DNA of 64,000 nt, taken from the IMG/VR virus record IMGVR_UViG_3300025536_000013, positions 1 to 64,000 of that record, one strand, 5' to 3'. Source of the stretch: a virus. Below the pieces are notes generated by a model. The model had not been told where the DNA came from and searched no databases. It saw nothing but the letters and a program-made list of their open reading frames with translations. The position numbers and the translations under genes are program-made. Positions 1 through 8,640 of the stretch are shown here, piece after piece (position 1 is the first letter of the stretch; the number at the start of each line of letters is the position of its first letter).

Positions 1-1
1 C

Positions 2-847
2 CTCCAGCACATCGACAGCCTGCTCAAGCAAGAAACCCTGGGCACGTTCCGCGTGGTCATCAGCGGCTGCCTGAGCACGACGCACGCCAAGCGCCTGCTC
101 GCCGAGAAGCTGGGCGACCGGGTCAGCTACAACTGGATCACGACGCGGGTGCCGGTGGGGACGAGCTTCAACCACAGCGTCCTGGAGGCGGTCAAGGAGT
201 TCGGCCCGGCCGAGGGCTACGTCTACGTGGACAGTGGCGTGGACTGCACGTTCCCCGGCATGCTGGAGCGGATGGACGACCGGCGGCAGCAGGGCTTCGC
301 GATGGTGCACGTCCATGTGGACGAGGACACCGGCTTCGAGTGGCTGGGCGTGCGGATGCCGGAGGACGGTAGCGACTACGTGGTGCCGGTAGGTCGGACT
401 TGCAACCTGCACATGCAGATGTTCTCTCATGAGCTACTGCAAGCCTACGGCAAGCTGATGCCGGACATCTTCGCCAGCGACACGAGCGAGAGCATCTTCA
501 CGTTCATGTGCGCCGCCATCCGGAGGAAGATGCTGATCCTCAACGGCCCGGTCATCCGCCACCAGGCGATGCTCGACGGGGCCAGCAGCGGGTTCCAGCG
601 TGGGCAGGTGCCGTTCAAGATCACGAAGGAAGACTTCAACGCCCGTATCGACTCCGGTTATGATTGGGCGTTTGGGTACGAGGAGTGCCAGGGGCGGCTC
701 ATGCACGACCCGGCAAAGTATACCGAGGATGGCTGGGTAGTGACGGAGGACTTGCGAACCGGATTGGAGAAGTTCATCCGGACCAAGATGTTCCTCCAAC
801 CGGCTGAGTTCGACTACGACGACATCGAGCACGAGTGGATACCATGA
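2..847 (+). CDS. GT-A-like putative glycosyltransferase, 5' end outside the window
   Basis: The frame is open from nt 2 (LQHIDSLLKQETLGTFRVVISGC...) and GC3 is high. The TSFNHS, YVDSGVD (DxD-like) and GRTCNLHMQMF segments parallel the SLLxxxFN / HxD / NTGCM segments of the paralogs at 14046, 28932 and 38612. Confidence 0.5.
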   Translation, partial: LQHIDSLLKQETLGTFRVVISGCLSTTHAKRLLAEKLGDRVSYNWITTRVPVGTSFNHSVLEAVKEFGPAEGYVYVDSGVDCTFPGMLERMDDRRQQGFAMVHVHVDEDTGFEWLGVRMPEDGSDYVVPVGRTCNLHMQMFSHELLQAYGKLMPDIFASDTSESIFTFMCAAIRRKMLILNGPVIRHQAMLDGASSGFQRGQVPFKITKEDFNARIDSGYDWAFGYEECQGRLMHDPAKYTEDGWVVTEDLRTGLEKFIRTKMFLQPAEFDYDDIEHEWIP

Positions 848-924
848 GTGAATGCCGGCAGAAGTAGGCGGTGGGCGACCGGCAGCCTGCATGCCGCCTA
901 CGATTCTTTCAAGGAGCTACAACG

Positions 925-1686
925 ATGCAACACACGGTTCTCATGCCCTTCAATCGCCCACGCTTCTTCCAGACCCTCCGCGAGGGCATGGAGGGGCAGG
1001 GCATCACCTGGGTGCCGCTCTACGATAGCGACGAGTGCCACGCCTTGTTCACCGAGAAGTGTGGGCAAGGGATCGACTGGATCAAGCCGTGGCGGGGCGA
1101 CTTGCCGAAGGACGCCTACACACACAAACCGACCGTCAACCCTGGCCACTGGATGTGCGATGCGTTCCTCGACGAGCAGTTGCGAGACGACACGCAAGAA
1201 GGCGGACCGTACGAGACGACCAGAGAGATCAAGTTCTTCCGCAAGGACCACTACGTCAGCTTCATGACTGACGACTGCTTCTGGAACTGGAACTACTGGC
1301 GGAAGCTGCAGCGGCACTTCGCGGTGCGGCGGAACACGAAGGGCAGCGGCGGCGAGGTCCACCCGGCGGTGATCCTGTCCAGCACGACGGTCAAAGGTGG
1401 CGGCTTCATCGCCCCGCAGGTCAACAAGCTGCCCAACGGCACCTTCGACTGGCCGAGCAGCAGCTACCGTACCTTCGGCATGCGCTTCGAGGTGCTGACG
1501 GTCCGGGCCGACAAGTTGCGGGACGTGCGCTTCGGCTCCTTCTGGGCGGGCGACGGCATCGTCAACGAGCGGCTGGTGGAGGAGAACTGGGACGCCGGCG
1601 AGGTGGAGTTCGCACCGGAGTGTGTGGTGTACTTCAACGCCCTTGATCCGACCCAGTACGGTTTCCCAGCAGAGCGGCAGCCATGA
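925..1686 (+). CDS. hypothetical protein, possibly part of the glycosylation cluster
   Basis: AGGAG lies 8 nt upstream of ATG 925. The stop overlaps the next start (ATGA at 1683). GC3 is high. I cannot name a motif with confidence. Confidence 0.5.
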   Translation: MQHTVLMPFNRPRFFQTLREGMEGQGITWVPLYDSDECHALFTEKCGQGIDWIKPWRGDLPKDAYTHKPTVNPGHWMCDAFLDEQLRDDTQEGGPYETTREIKFFRKDHYVSFMTDDCFWNWNYWRKLQRHFAVRRNTKGSGGEVHPAVILSSTTVKGGGFIAPQVNKLPNGTFDWPSSSYRTFGMRFEVLTVRADKLRDVRFGSFWAGDGIVNERLVEENWDAGEVEFAPECVVYFNALDPTQYGFPAERQP

Positions 1687-2375
1687 GCAAGTACCACTCC
1701 GAACTCGGCCAGGACGAGCGGCTCAACCGCGAGTTGTTCCACGACCGCCGCGGCCTGACCTTCGTGGACGTGGGCGCGTTCGACGGCGTGGAGTTCTCCA
1801 ACACGCTGGCGTTCGAGAAGGACTTCGGCTGGCGGGGCGTCTGCATCGAGCCGCACCCGGAGCGGTTCCAGATGTGCGCCGCCAACCGACCGGGCAGCAT
1901 CTGCGTCAACGCGGCGGCGGGCAGCAAGAGCGGCACGCAGCGGTTCCTCAAGATCAGCTGTGAGAAGTTCAGCCAGTTCGACATGCTCAGCTGCACGGTG
2001 GACGCCGCCCACGACCGACGCCGCATCGCTCACGACAACTGGCGGAAGCAGTACGGCGGCGACATCACCGAGATCGACGTGCCGGTGTTGCCGCTCTGGC
2101 AGGTGCTGCTGGAGCACCGCATCTTCACCGTGGACTACCTGACCATCGACGTGGAGGGGTCCGAGTTCGAGGTGCTCAAGGGCATCGAGTGGGCGGCGAC
2201 CCACGTCAACGTCATCGAGTTCGAGGTGGCCTACCGCGACACCGGTGCCGACCTGCGCGAGACGGCGGAGATCTACGACTACCTGGAGGCCCGTAACTTC
2301 CGTCACGGCTTCGACCTGGCTGAGGGCCGCGACCGGGTGTTCATCAACAATCAACTGAAATGGAGCCTCCGATGA
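1683..2375 (+). CDS. FkbM-family SAM-dependent methyltransferase
   Basis: FVDVGAFDGVEFSN...GVCIEPHPERFQMCAANR...YLTIDVEGSEFEVLKG matches the FkbM/Methyltransf_21 pattern (VDVGAxxG, xEPxP, DVEGxE). Confidence 0.8.
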   Translation: MSKYHSELGQDERLNRELFHDRRGLTFVDVGAFDGVEFSNTLAFEKDFGWRGVCIEPHPERFQMCAANRPGSICVNAAAGSKSGTQRFLKISCEKFSQFDMLSCTVDAAHDRRRIAHDNWRKQYGGDITEIDVPVLPLWQVLLEHRIFTVDYLTIDVEGSEFEVLKGIEWAATHVNVIEFEVAYRDTGADLRETAEIYDYLEARNFRHGFDLAEGRDRVFINNQLKWSLR

Positions 2376-2620
2376 AGTACCTGGGCAAGAGCGCGACCAC
2401 GAAAGCCGCCAAGGAAGGATACTTGATTCTTCGATGGAGCGGTGACCGCGGTATTCCTGCGAGTAGCTGGAGCGAAGTCATCCAACTCGCCAAGCAGGAG
2501 ATGAAAGAGCGAATGGACGCCGGCAAGGGACACTCCAAGTTCACCGTCTACGATACTGACGAGAACGGCAAGCCGACCGGTTCTGGCCAACAATTAGCGA
2601 GCATCCATCTGCTGAGATAA
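2372..2620 (+). CDS. hypothetical small protein
   Basis: GGAG lies 7 nt upstream of ATG 2372. ATGA overlaps the previous stop. Composition is protein-like. Confidence 0.55.
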   Translation: MKYLGKSATTKAAKEGYLILRWSGDRGIPASSWSEVIQLAKQEMKERMDAGKGHSKFTVYDTDENGKPTGSGQQLASIHLLR

Positions 2621-2624
2621 CAAC

Positions 2625-3359
2625 GTGAACCTCTGCATCGTCTGCGAAGAGCCGTGCAACGACGCCCGCCTGTGCCCTGACTGCTTCGACGGCGTGATGT
2701 GGGCGCGGAGCCAGAAGCTGCAACAGGACCACCTCCGAAGGGAGCTGACCGTGACCGACTGGGGCATGATCGTCTGCGAGGTCGAGGCGCTGCTGGAGCG
2801 GAGCCCTGAGATGCGCTCCGTCGAGGACAAGCTCTGGGACTACCTGCTCAGCCGCATCCACCCGATCCATGGCAAGTGGAGCGAGGCAGCCTACGCCGAG
2901 ACGCGCAGCAAGCTGTGCGAGTACCTCTACGACCACCTCGGCAAGCGGCCCAACCCGGTCAGCAAGCCGACGCCGCCGGAGTACACCGACTGGCTGTGGG
3001 TGGTGACGGAGATCCTCGGCTTCTTCAAGGACAACCCGGCGCTGCGTCAGGTCGAGCCGGAGTGCTGGGAGTGGATGCTGAACCAGACCTACCCGCTGCC
3101 GCCCAACCACGCTCCCACGGCCAGGAACATGACCAAGGCCATCCTGGAGCAGTACATGGGCGACTACGGCCCCACGGTCAAGATGATCATGGAGATGGAG
3201 GGCCGGCTGGCGGCGGAGAAGGCGGCGAGGGTCGAGGCGGAACGGGTGCTGCGAGATGCACCTGAACTGCTTGAAGGTGTCCCACCCGGCCTGCTCACGC
3301 CGGAAGCCGCCCAGCAGCTGGAAGAACAACCGAAACCCACAACGAAGAGGAGACGTTGA
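2625..3359 (+). CDS. hypothetical protein with N-terminal zinc-ribbon-like CxxC..CxxC
   Basis: GTG start. The N-terminus is CIVCEEPCNDARLCPDC. GC3 is high throughout. Confidence 0.6.
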   Translation: MNLCIVCEEPCNDARLCPDCFDGVMWARSQKLQQDHLRRELTVTDWGMIVCEVEALLERSPEMRSVEDKLWDYLLSRIHPIHGKWSEAAYAETRSKLCEYLYDHLGKRPNPVSKPTPPEYTDWLWVVTEILGFFKDNPALRQVEPECWEWMLNQTYPLPPNHAPTARNMTKAILEQYMGDYGPTVKMIMEMEGRLAAEKAARVEAERVLRDAPELLEGVPPGLLTPEAAQQLEEQPKPTTKRRR

Positions 3360-3796
3360 TGCCCGTGCAAGAGACCTGCGAGTGCTGCTCGGAAAAATAC
3401 GACCGTTATTTGACGATAAACGTGAAGGTGCTCGACAGCCATCTGTGCAACGATTGTCAGGTGCGAGCAGGCGTCTGGGCCGCGAAGCAAGCTCTCGCCG
3501 CCGAGCGGTCGGAGAAGCTGATGGGCGGCAACCTGTCCATTACGCTCGACCCGCGAGCCCTGACCGAGTGGCCCGGCAACTGTGCCCCGCCGGAGTTCGG
3601 CAAGTTGCCCAGCACCGAGGTGGTCTCCGACGTGCTGCCCAACGTGCTCGGCTCAAACGCCCAGCAGTTGCCGGCGACTCTGTTCGGCAGGCCCATCGTG
3701 TGGGTGGACGAGTTCGGTGAGCCGAGTTCTCCGCCGAAGACTGAAGCCGATCCCTTCTACGTCAAGCAACGTGAGGATTGGAGGAACGAGCCCTAG
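3359..3796 (+). CDS. hypothetical Cys-rich protein
   Basis: GAGGAG lies 6 nt upstream of ATG 3359, which overlaps the previous stop (TGATG). Cys pairs CECC...CNDC are present. Confidence 0.6.
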   Translation: MPVQETCECCSEKYDRYLTINVKVLDSHLCNDCQVRAGVWAAKQALAAERSEKLMGGNLSITLDPRALTEWPGNCAPPEFGKLPSTEVVSDVLPNVLGSNAQQLPATLFGRPIVWVDEFGEPSSPPKTEADPFYVKQREDWRNEP

Positions 3797-3809
3797 AACG
3801 GAGGCCCCG

Positions 3810-4118
3810 GTGGAATCCCACTTGCTGACGTTGCTGGGCAGCGCGGTGCTGTCCGTGTGCCTGGCCTTCATGACGATGCGCTGGGTAATCAAGGACTTGC
3901 GATCAGAGAACACGCTGCTCAAGGCACAGGTCACGGCGGCGCAGGCATCCAGCACGGCCAACCAGGCCAAGTTGCTGATCCTTGAAGCCAAGGTGGACGC
4001 CTGCGAGAAGGAGCGCAAGGAGGCAAACGACCGCATGCTCACGATGAGCAACATGTGCCCGGTGACGGAGCATCCCTGCCCGCTGCGGCAATACTTCGGA
4101 AAGGTGGGCCGACCATGA
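3810..4118 (+). CDS. small membrane plus coiled-coil protein (holin/spanin-like candidate)
   Basis: GGAGG lies 5 nt upstream of GTG 3810. A hydrophobic helix LLTLLGSAVLSVCLAFMTM is followed by a coiled-coil. The stop overlaps the next start (ATGA). Confidence 0.5.
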   Translation: MESHLLTLLGSAVLSVCLAFMTMRWVIKDLRSENTLLKAQVTAAQASSTANQAKLLILEAKVDACEKERKEANDRMLTMSNMCPVTEHPCPLRQYFGKVGRP

Positions 4119-5038
4119 TCACCTGCACGCCGATGCCGCCGATGGGCGACTACCCGTGCGACCCGCAAGGCAACGTGCTGGCTTCCATCCAGTACATCGC
4201 CGTGGTGCGGAGCAAGTGGTGGGGGCCGAAGCCGCGCCTGGACGTGGCCTTCCTGGAGCCGACTGCCGCCGACCTCAAGGCCCGCATCCTGAGTCACCTG
4301 AACGCCTGGGGCGAGTTCTGCAACGTCAAGGCGAATCTGACCGACAGCGTCGGCAGCGCCCAGGTGCGGATCACCCGCGAGGCGGAGGGTTACTGGAGCT
4401 ACCTCGGCAAGGACTGCCTCAACATCCCGATCAACCAGCCGACCATGTGCCTGCAAGGGTTCACCATGCAGCACTCGGAGGCGGAGTTCCGACGGGTGGT
4501 GCGGCACGAGGGCGGGCACATGTGGGGCTGTCCCCACGAGCACGCACGCCGCGGCATCGTCCAGCAGCTCGACCCGGTCAAGACCATCATCTGGGGACGG
4601 CAGCGGCTTGGCTGGTCCGAGCAGATGGTCCGGCAGCAGATCCTGACGCTGCTGGACGAGGCGAGCCTGATGGGCACGCCGACGGCGGACGAGCAGAGCA
4701 TCATGACCTACCAGCTGCCCGGCGAGATCACCTTCGACGGTCAGCCGATCCCCGGCGGCACCGACTTCAGCAGCACCGACCGGACCTTCATGGCCAGCGT
4801 CTATCCACCGGCCGTGGAGCCGAAACCACAACCACCAACGGGAGGCAAGACGATGGCAGTCCTCAAGCTCATCAAGGGCGTGCTCGTGATGGCGCAGCAG
4901 GCCGCGAAGTTCACGCAGACCACCGCCGACGACAACATCATCGCCGGCCTGATCGAGCTGCTCGATCTGTACGAGTCAAGCGCCGTCGCCGACAAGAAAG
5001 CCGCGGCCAACATCATCGCCGCCCGGATGTTCGATTGA
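4115..5038 (+). CDS. astacin-like (M12A-type) metzincin zinc metallopeptidase
   Basis: HEGGHMWGCPHEHARR fits HExxHxxGxxHExxR. A downstream SIMTY resembles the astacin Met-turn SxMHY. A Pro-rich linker is followed by a 63-aa C-terminal tail. Confidence 0.75.
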   Translation: MITCTPMPPMGDYPCDPQGNVLASIQYIAVVRSKWWGPKPRLDVAFLEPTAADLKARILSHLNAWGEFCNVKANLTDSVGSAQVRITREAEGYWSYLGKDCLNIPINQPTMCLQGFTMQHSEAEFRRVVRHEGGHMWGCPHEHARRGIVQQLDPVKTIIWGRQRLGWSEQMVRQQILTLLDEASLMGTPTADEQSIMTYQLPGEITFDGQPIPGGTDFSSTDRTFMASVYPPAVEPKPQPPTGGKTMAVLKLIKGVLVMAQQAAKFTQTTADDNIIAGLIELLDLYESSAVADKKAAANIIAARMFD

Positions 5039-5151
5039 TGCTCTACCGCACCGCTCGATTCTTGTGCTGGTGGACGTTCTGCCTGCCGCTGGCGATCGGC
5101 TGGCGGTTGCGGCAAGCGGAGATCAGGCAGCAGGAACGGTTGGGCTACTAG
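5038..5151 (+). CDS. 37-aa hydrophobic peptide (candidate membrane protein)
   Basis: ATG overlaps the metzincin stop (TGATG). The translation is MLYRTARFLCWWTFCLPLAIGWRLRQ... It is below the 60-aa cutoff of the ORF track. Confidence 0.35.
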   Translation: MLYRTARFLCWWTFCLPLAIGWRLRQAEIRQQERLGY

Positions 5152-5161
5152 GACATGCAAC

Positions 5162-7003
5162 GTGAACCGTCGCTCGTTCCTCATCACCGGAGCCAAGGCC
5201 CTTGCGATCACCGCACCAGTGGCGAGCTTCTTCTCCGGTCGCCGCGTTCCGACCTCTGCGACGCAAACTGCCGAGGGCCGGCGCTTTGAGGTGGCTCAGC
5301 TGCCTCCGCCGGTAGCGGCTCCGGAGAAGATGCCCGCTCCTCGTGAGCTGCCGTGGAGCCTACCCAGCCAGGCGGTGGAGCTGGCGCTGCAGGATGCCTT
5401 GACGTTGTCCAGGCGCTACGGTGAGAAGGTCGGCAAGTTCGTTCGCTGGCTGTGGGTACAGAACGGTTCCCAGGAGGAGTGGCAAAGTGCAGCAGACGCG
5501 CTCAACAAGGTCAGCAGAGCAGCAGCTCCGGCGATCCCTGCGTTCGTTGGAGGCGTGCTTGCCCGCGTTGACCTTAGGATCTACTGGCCTCGTGCGGGCG
5601 ACCTTGCCGAAGTCCTTGGTCAGTGGGAGAAGTTCGCGTTCGACCCGTACTTCAGCTTGCTCTTCACGCAAGCCAGCCTCAAGCTCCTCACGCAAGAGCA
5701 GCTAGGCACGTTGAAGACGCAGAGCATCCGGCCGCTGCACGTGTGGCAGGACGGCAAGTGGGTGGCGACGGGCAAGGTCGGCTGGGTGGAGCGGAACTTC
5801 GAGAGGATCAAGGACGTGGTGGTGGAGCGGGTCAACGCCCCGCACCTGCACGCCAGCGGCATCGAGAAGCTGCAAGCCTGGACCGGCAGCCTCGCCCCAG
5901 TGGTGCACAGCGGCTATTTCGAGACCAGAGCCCTCAGCACGATCAAGGACCGTGACGATGGCAAGGAAAACGTCTTCAGCACGATCTACGGCGGGCTGTA
6001 CGACGAGCTTGCAGGGATACGAAGGTCGCAAGCTAAAGGACGCAGCGACCTTGACCAACTATTTCTCGATCTCGGTGTGGGCGATGGGAAGTCGTACAAA
6101 GATGTGTTTGAGAGGCTTCGATCAGATAAAGCAGCCGTACTCATTCACTCCAACGTCACCAACAAACGCCGTCGCGTTCGCGTCTATCCGGTACTGTCCT
6201 CCCTGTTCGGCATCGTCGCAGTGACCGAGGACATCCGCGACCGCGACATCGACGTGGACGCCGACGCCCTCCGCGACGTGGTCAACAGCAAGGTGTTCGC
6301 CTACGAGGTCATCTGGGTCGCCGCCAACGGCCAGCAGAAGTTTGCATTGTTTGGAGCAGAGGGGCAGCTGCTGGAGTCGGGTGCCGACGATGTGGTGAGC
6401 GACCACGACTTGCCCCGGCCGGTGACGACGCGGCTGCAAGCGGCCATCAGTTGCATCCGCTGCCACGGTCCACACGAAGGATGGCAGCCGTTCCCCGACG
6501 ACCTGCGGCTGCTGCTCGGCAAGGGCACGGTGGTGTTCAAGAACGCCGACGAGGAGGACCGGATACGCGGCCAGCACGCCTGGCAGATCGACGCCGTGCT
6601 CCAGCGGCTGCGGGACGACTACTCGCAGGCCACGCTCCTGAGCACCGGCAAGTGGGCAGGCAGCCCGGCGAACAAGGACATCGTGCAGCGGGTGTCGGCG
6701 GTGCACGCAGCGGTGTGGGCGAGGCAGCGGTATCGGACGGTGGACCCGGAGTACGCCCTGCGGACGCTCGGCGAGGTGCCGATCAAGGGCCGCGAGGCGT
6801 TCCAGCTCTGGAAGCTGTTGCCGCCGGAGGGTCACGCGGCACTGGGATTCTTCGCCGAGGACCCGCTGCTGACGGCGCTCAAGGACGGGCAGAGCATCCT
6901 GTGGTCGGACTGGCAGTTGGTGTTCAGCTACGCACTTACCAGAGCACAACGGACGAGGGCCGAACTAGAGACGCAACGTGAGCACAAAGCACAACCGAAC
7001 TGA
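5162..7003 (+). CDS. Tat-signal exported protein with a single CxxCH motif
   Basis: The N-terminus MNRRSFLITGAKALAITAPVASFF has the twin-arginine RRxFL pattern. A CIRCH heme-binding-type motif is present. The ORF is 613 aa with high GC3. Confidence 0.7.
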   Translation: MNRRSFLITGAKALAITAPVASFFSGRRVPTSATQTAEGRRFEVAQLPPPVAAPEKMPAPRELPWSLPSQAVELALQDALTLSRRYGEKVGKFVRWLWVQNGSQEEWQSAADALNKVSRAAAPAIPAFVGGVLARVDLRIYWPRAGDLAEVLGQWEKFAFDPYFSLLFTQASLKLLTQEQLGTLKTQSIRPLHVWQDGKWVATGKVGWVERNFERIKDVVVERVNAPHLHASGIEKLQAWTGSLAPVVHSGYFETRALSTIKDRDDGKENVFSTIYGGLYDELAGIRRSQAKGRSDLDQLFLDLGVGDGKSYKDVFERLRSDKAAVLIHSNVTNKRRRVRVYPVLSSLFGIVAVTEDIRDRDIDVDADALRDVVNSKVFAYEVIWVAANGQQKFALFGAEGQLLESGADDVVSDHDLPRPVTTRLQAAISCIRCHGPHEGWQPFPDDLRLLLGKGTVVFKNADEEDRIRGQHAWQIDAVLQRLRDDYSQATLLSTGKWAGSPANKDIVQRVSAVHAAVWARQRYRTVDPEYALRTLGEVPIKGREAFQLWKLLPPEGHAALGFFAEDPLLTALKDGQSILWSDWQLVFSYALTRAQRTRAELETQREHKAQPN

Positions 7004-7013
7004 GAGGTGCCAC

Positions 7014-8015
7014 GTGAAGAGGTTGATGGGACTGCTGGTGGCTTGCCTGGCGTTGGCAACGATGGCGGGCGAGACGCAAGCCGAGGGCGTGACTAACAGC
7101 GACGGGTACAGCTACTCCGGCAACTACTACTGGTACAACGGAGTCGCCTACAACCGCGAGCTGGCCTACTACTGGGTGGACGGCTACTACAAGCGCTCTG
7201 CCTGCAACTGCTACAACGTCTACGTCCCCGGCTACTGGCAGGGCTACTACAAGTACGTCGTCGCCCAGCTCAAGGGCGAGGACGCGGTGGTCAACGCCCT
7301 GACCGACCGGATGCGGACGCAGAACCTGATGGCCAAGGAGCAGCAGCGGCACGCCAACCTGCTGGAGCTGGTCAAGGCGACGGGACTCGAAGGCAACTTC
7401 CGCTTCGAGGGTTACTTCGGCGGACGGGCCTACCCGCCACTGGCACCGGCTTATCCCGCTGCCGCCACGGTCCACGGCTACACGTTCCAGCAGCTGCGGC
7501 AGGACTACGGCGAGCGGCTGCTGCGGGACATCCCCTTCGACCTGGCGGCGCAGCAGGCGGCTCGGCAAAGTGACAACAGCCGCAGCAGCAGCGACCAGCT
7601 CTACTCGCTCCTCGCTGGCGCCAGCGTGGACGACGCACGGGTGCGGGAGATCCTCGCCCGGATGGAAGCGGCCAAGCAGGTGTTCCGGGCCACCGAGCCG
7701 CAGCCGAGCAGCAAGACGGAGACGAAGGTGAACGGCACCACGGTGACGCCGACGCCGCAGGTGCTGCCCCAGGCCCAGATCACCGAGTTCCTCAAGCTGT
7801 CCGGCCCGGCCAAGTGCGTGACCTGCCACACCGGCGACGCTGTCAAGGGCAATTTCGACGTGAGCAAGCTGCCGACGATGAAGGCCACCGAGATCGTCAA
7901 GCGGGTGTTGCCGTACATCGTCAGCGAGCAGGGCGAGGCACCGAAGTGCCCGCCAGCAGCCAGCGGCATCAAGCCGACCACGGCCGCAGAGGTCAGGCAG
8001 TTCCTGGGTGGCTAA
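7014..8015 (+). CDS. secreted Tyr-rich protein with a C-terminal PSCyt1-like CxxCH motif
   Basis: GAGG precedes GTG 7014. KRLMGLLVACLALATMAGETQAEG looks like a signal peptide. KCVTCHTGDAVKGNFDVSKL resembles the Planctomycete cytochrome-c domain motif. Confidence 0.65.
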   Translation: MKRLMGLLVACLALATMAGETQAEGVTNSDGYSYSGNYYWYNGVAYNRELAYYWVDGYYKRSACNCYNVYVPGYWQGYYKYVVAQLKGEDAVVNALTDRMRTQNLMAKEQQRHANLLELVKATGLEGNFRFEGYFGGRAYPPLAPAYPAAATVHGYTFQQLRQDYGERLLRDIPFDLAAQQAARQSDNSRSSSDQLYSLLAGASVDDARVREILARMEAAKQVFRATEPQPSSKTETKVNGTTVTPTPQVLPQAQITEFLKLSGPAKCVTCHTGDAVKGNFDVSKLPTMKATEIVKRVLPYIVSEQGEAPKCPPAASGIKPTTAAEVRQFLGG

Positions 8016-8224
8016 TGACCCGATGCAAGTGCGGCAACATGTTGTTACCGAGAGAGGAGATCGCCTACGGCAGTCAATGCGAGGACTGCTGGAGCTTGGA
8101 CAAGGATGGTTTCTACCGCAACTACAAGAGTAAGGAGCTTCCCAATGAACGTCCTCAAGAGTCTCTTCCCCCTGGTCGTCCTGGGCATGGCCATCGCCTC
8201 CCCAAACGACACAAAGGCGTGTGA
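8015..8224 (+). CDS. small zinc-ribbon protein
   Basis: ATG overlaps the previous stop (TAATG). Cys pairs CKCG...CEDC are present. The 3' third overlaps the next gene, so the C-terminus is uncertain. Confidence 0.4.
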   Translation: MTRCKCGNMLLPREEIAYGSQCEDCWSLDKDGFYRNYKSKELPNERPQESLPPGRPGHGHRLPKRHKGV

Positions 8225-8447
8225 CGCCTTCTTCCCCACCGGGCAAGCGTTCGCATTCAGCAATGGCTACCAGCAGCAGGTGCTGTTCTCGCCGGGCTAT
8301 GGCTACGGCGTGCAGCAGCGGTTCTTCCAGCCGCCGGTCGTGCGAGAACGGTTCATCGCTCCGGCACCGTCGCTGAGAATCGTGCAGGAACAGCGAGGGC
8401 TGCTTGGCCGGGTGCGAAGCCGGCAGGTGGTCGAGTTCAATCGCTGA
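8145..8447 (+). CDS. small secreted protein (G/Y/Q-rich)
   Basis: AAGGAG lies 8 nt upstream of ATG 8145. The N-terminus MNVLKSLFPLVVLGMAIASP looks like a signal peptide. Confidence 0.55.
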   Translation: MNVLKSLFPLVVLGMAIASPNDTKACDAFFPTGQAFAFSNGYQQQVLFSPGYGYGVQQRFFQPPVVRERFIAPAPSLRIVQEQRGLLGRVRSRQVVEFNR

Positions 8448-8530
8448 GGAAGCACTGGGAAGGGAGACCTTCCTGCTGTGAGAGCGCCGGACCGGGAGAC
8501 GCTGGGTACACCCTCTCGGTCCGGTGTATG

Positions 8531-8640
8531 CCAGGTATGGGTGAGCGGCCTAAACCTGACCGTGACTAGAGCGGGGCACCCTAAAAAGCTGTCTAGGGGC
8601 ATTGGTGCAACGCCCGTGGGTTCAAATCCCACTACCGGGA
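8531..8640 (+). tRNA. tRNA-like element; no full canonical cloverleaf could be folded by eye
   Basis: A canonical T-arm GTGGG-TTCAAAT-CCCAC lies at 8616-8632. It is followed by the acceptor 3' strand TACCGGG plus discriminator A (8633-8640). A candidate 5' acceptor CCAGGTA (8531-8537) is followed by TG and a D-arm-like GGT-GAGCGGCCTAA-ACC. The span is about 110 nt, too long for a normal tRNA. Confidence 0.3.

Noticed and set aside
4156-5151. 331-aa alternative-frame + ORF overlapping the metzincin gene
   Set aside because: The translation is R/G/P-rich junk. Only its last 37 codons (5038-5151), downstream of the metzincin stop, look like a possible real small ORF.
8531-8640. Calling this a normal full-length tRNA with a defined anticodon
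   Set aside because: Only the T-arm, the acceptor strands and a D-arm-like segment are convincing. The span is ~110 nt. The best anticodon-like loop (GACUAGA, would-be CUA) lacks U33. About 40 nt would be left as a 'variable region'. I kept it only as a low-confidence tRNA-like element.
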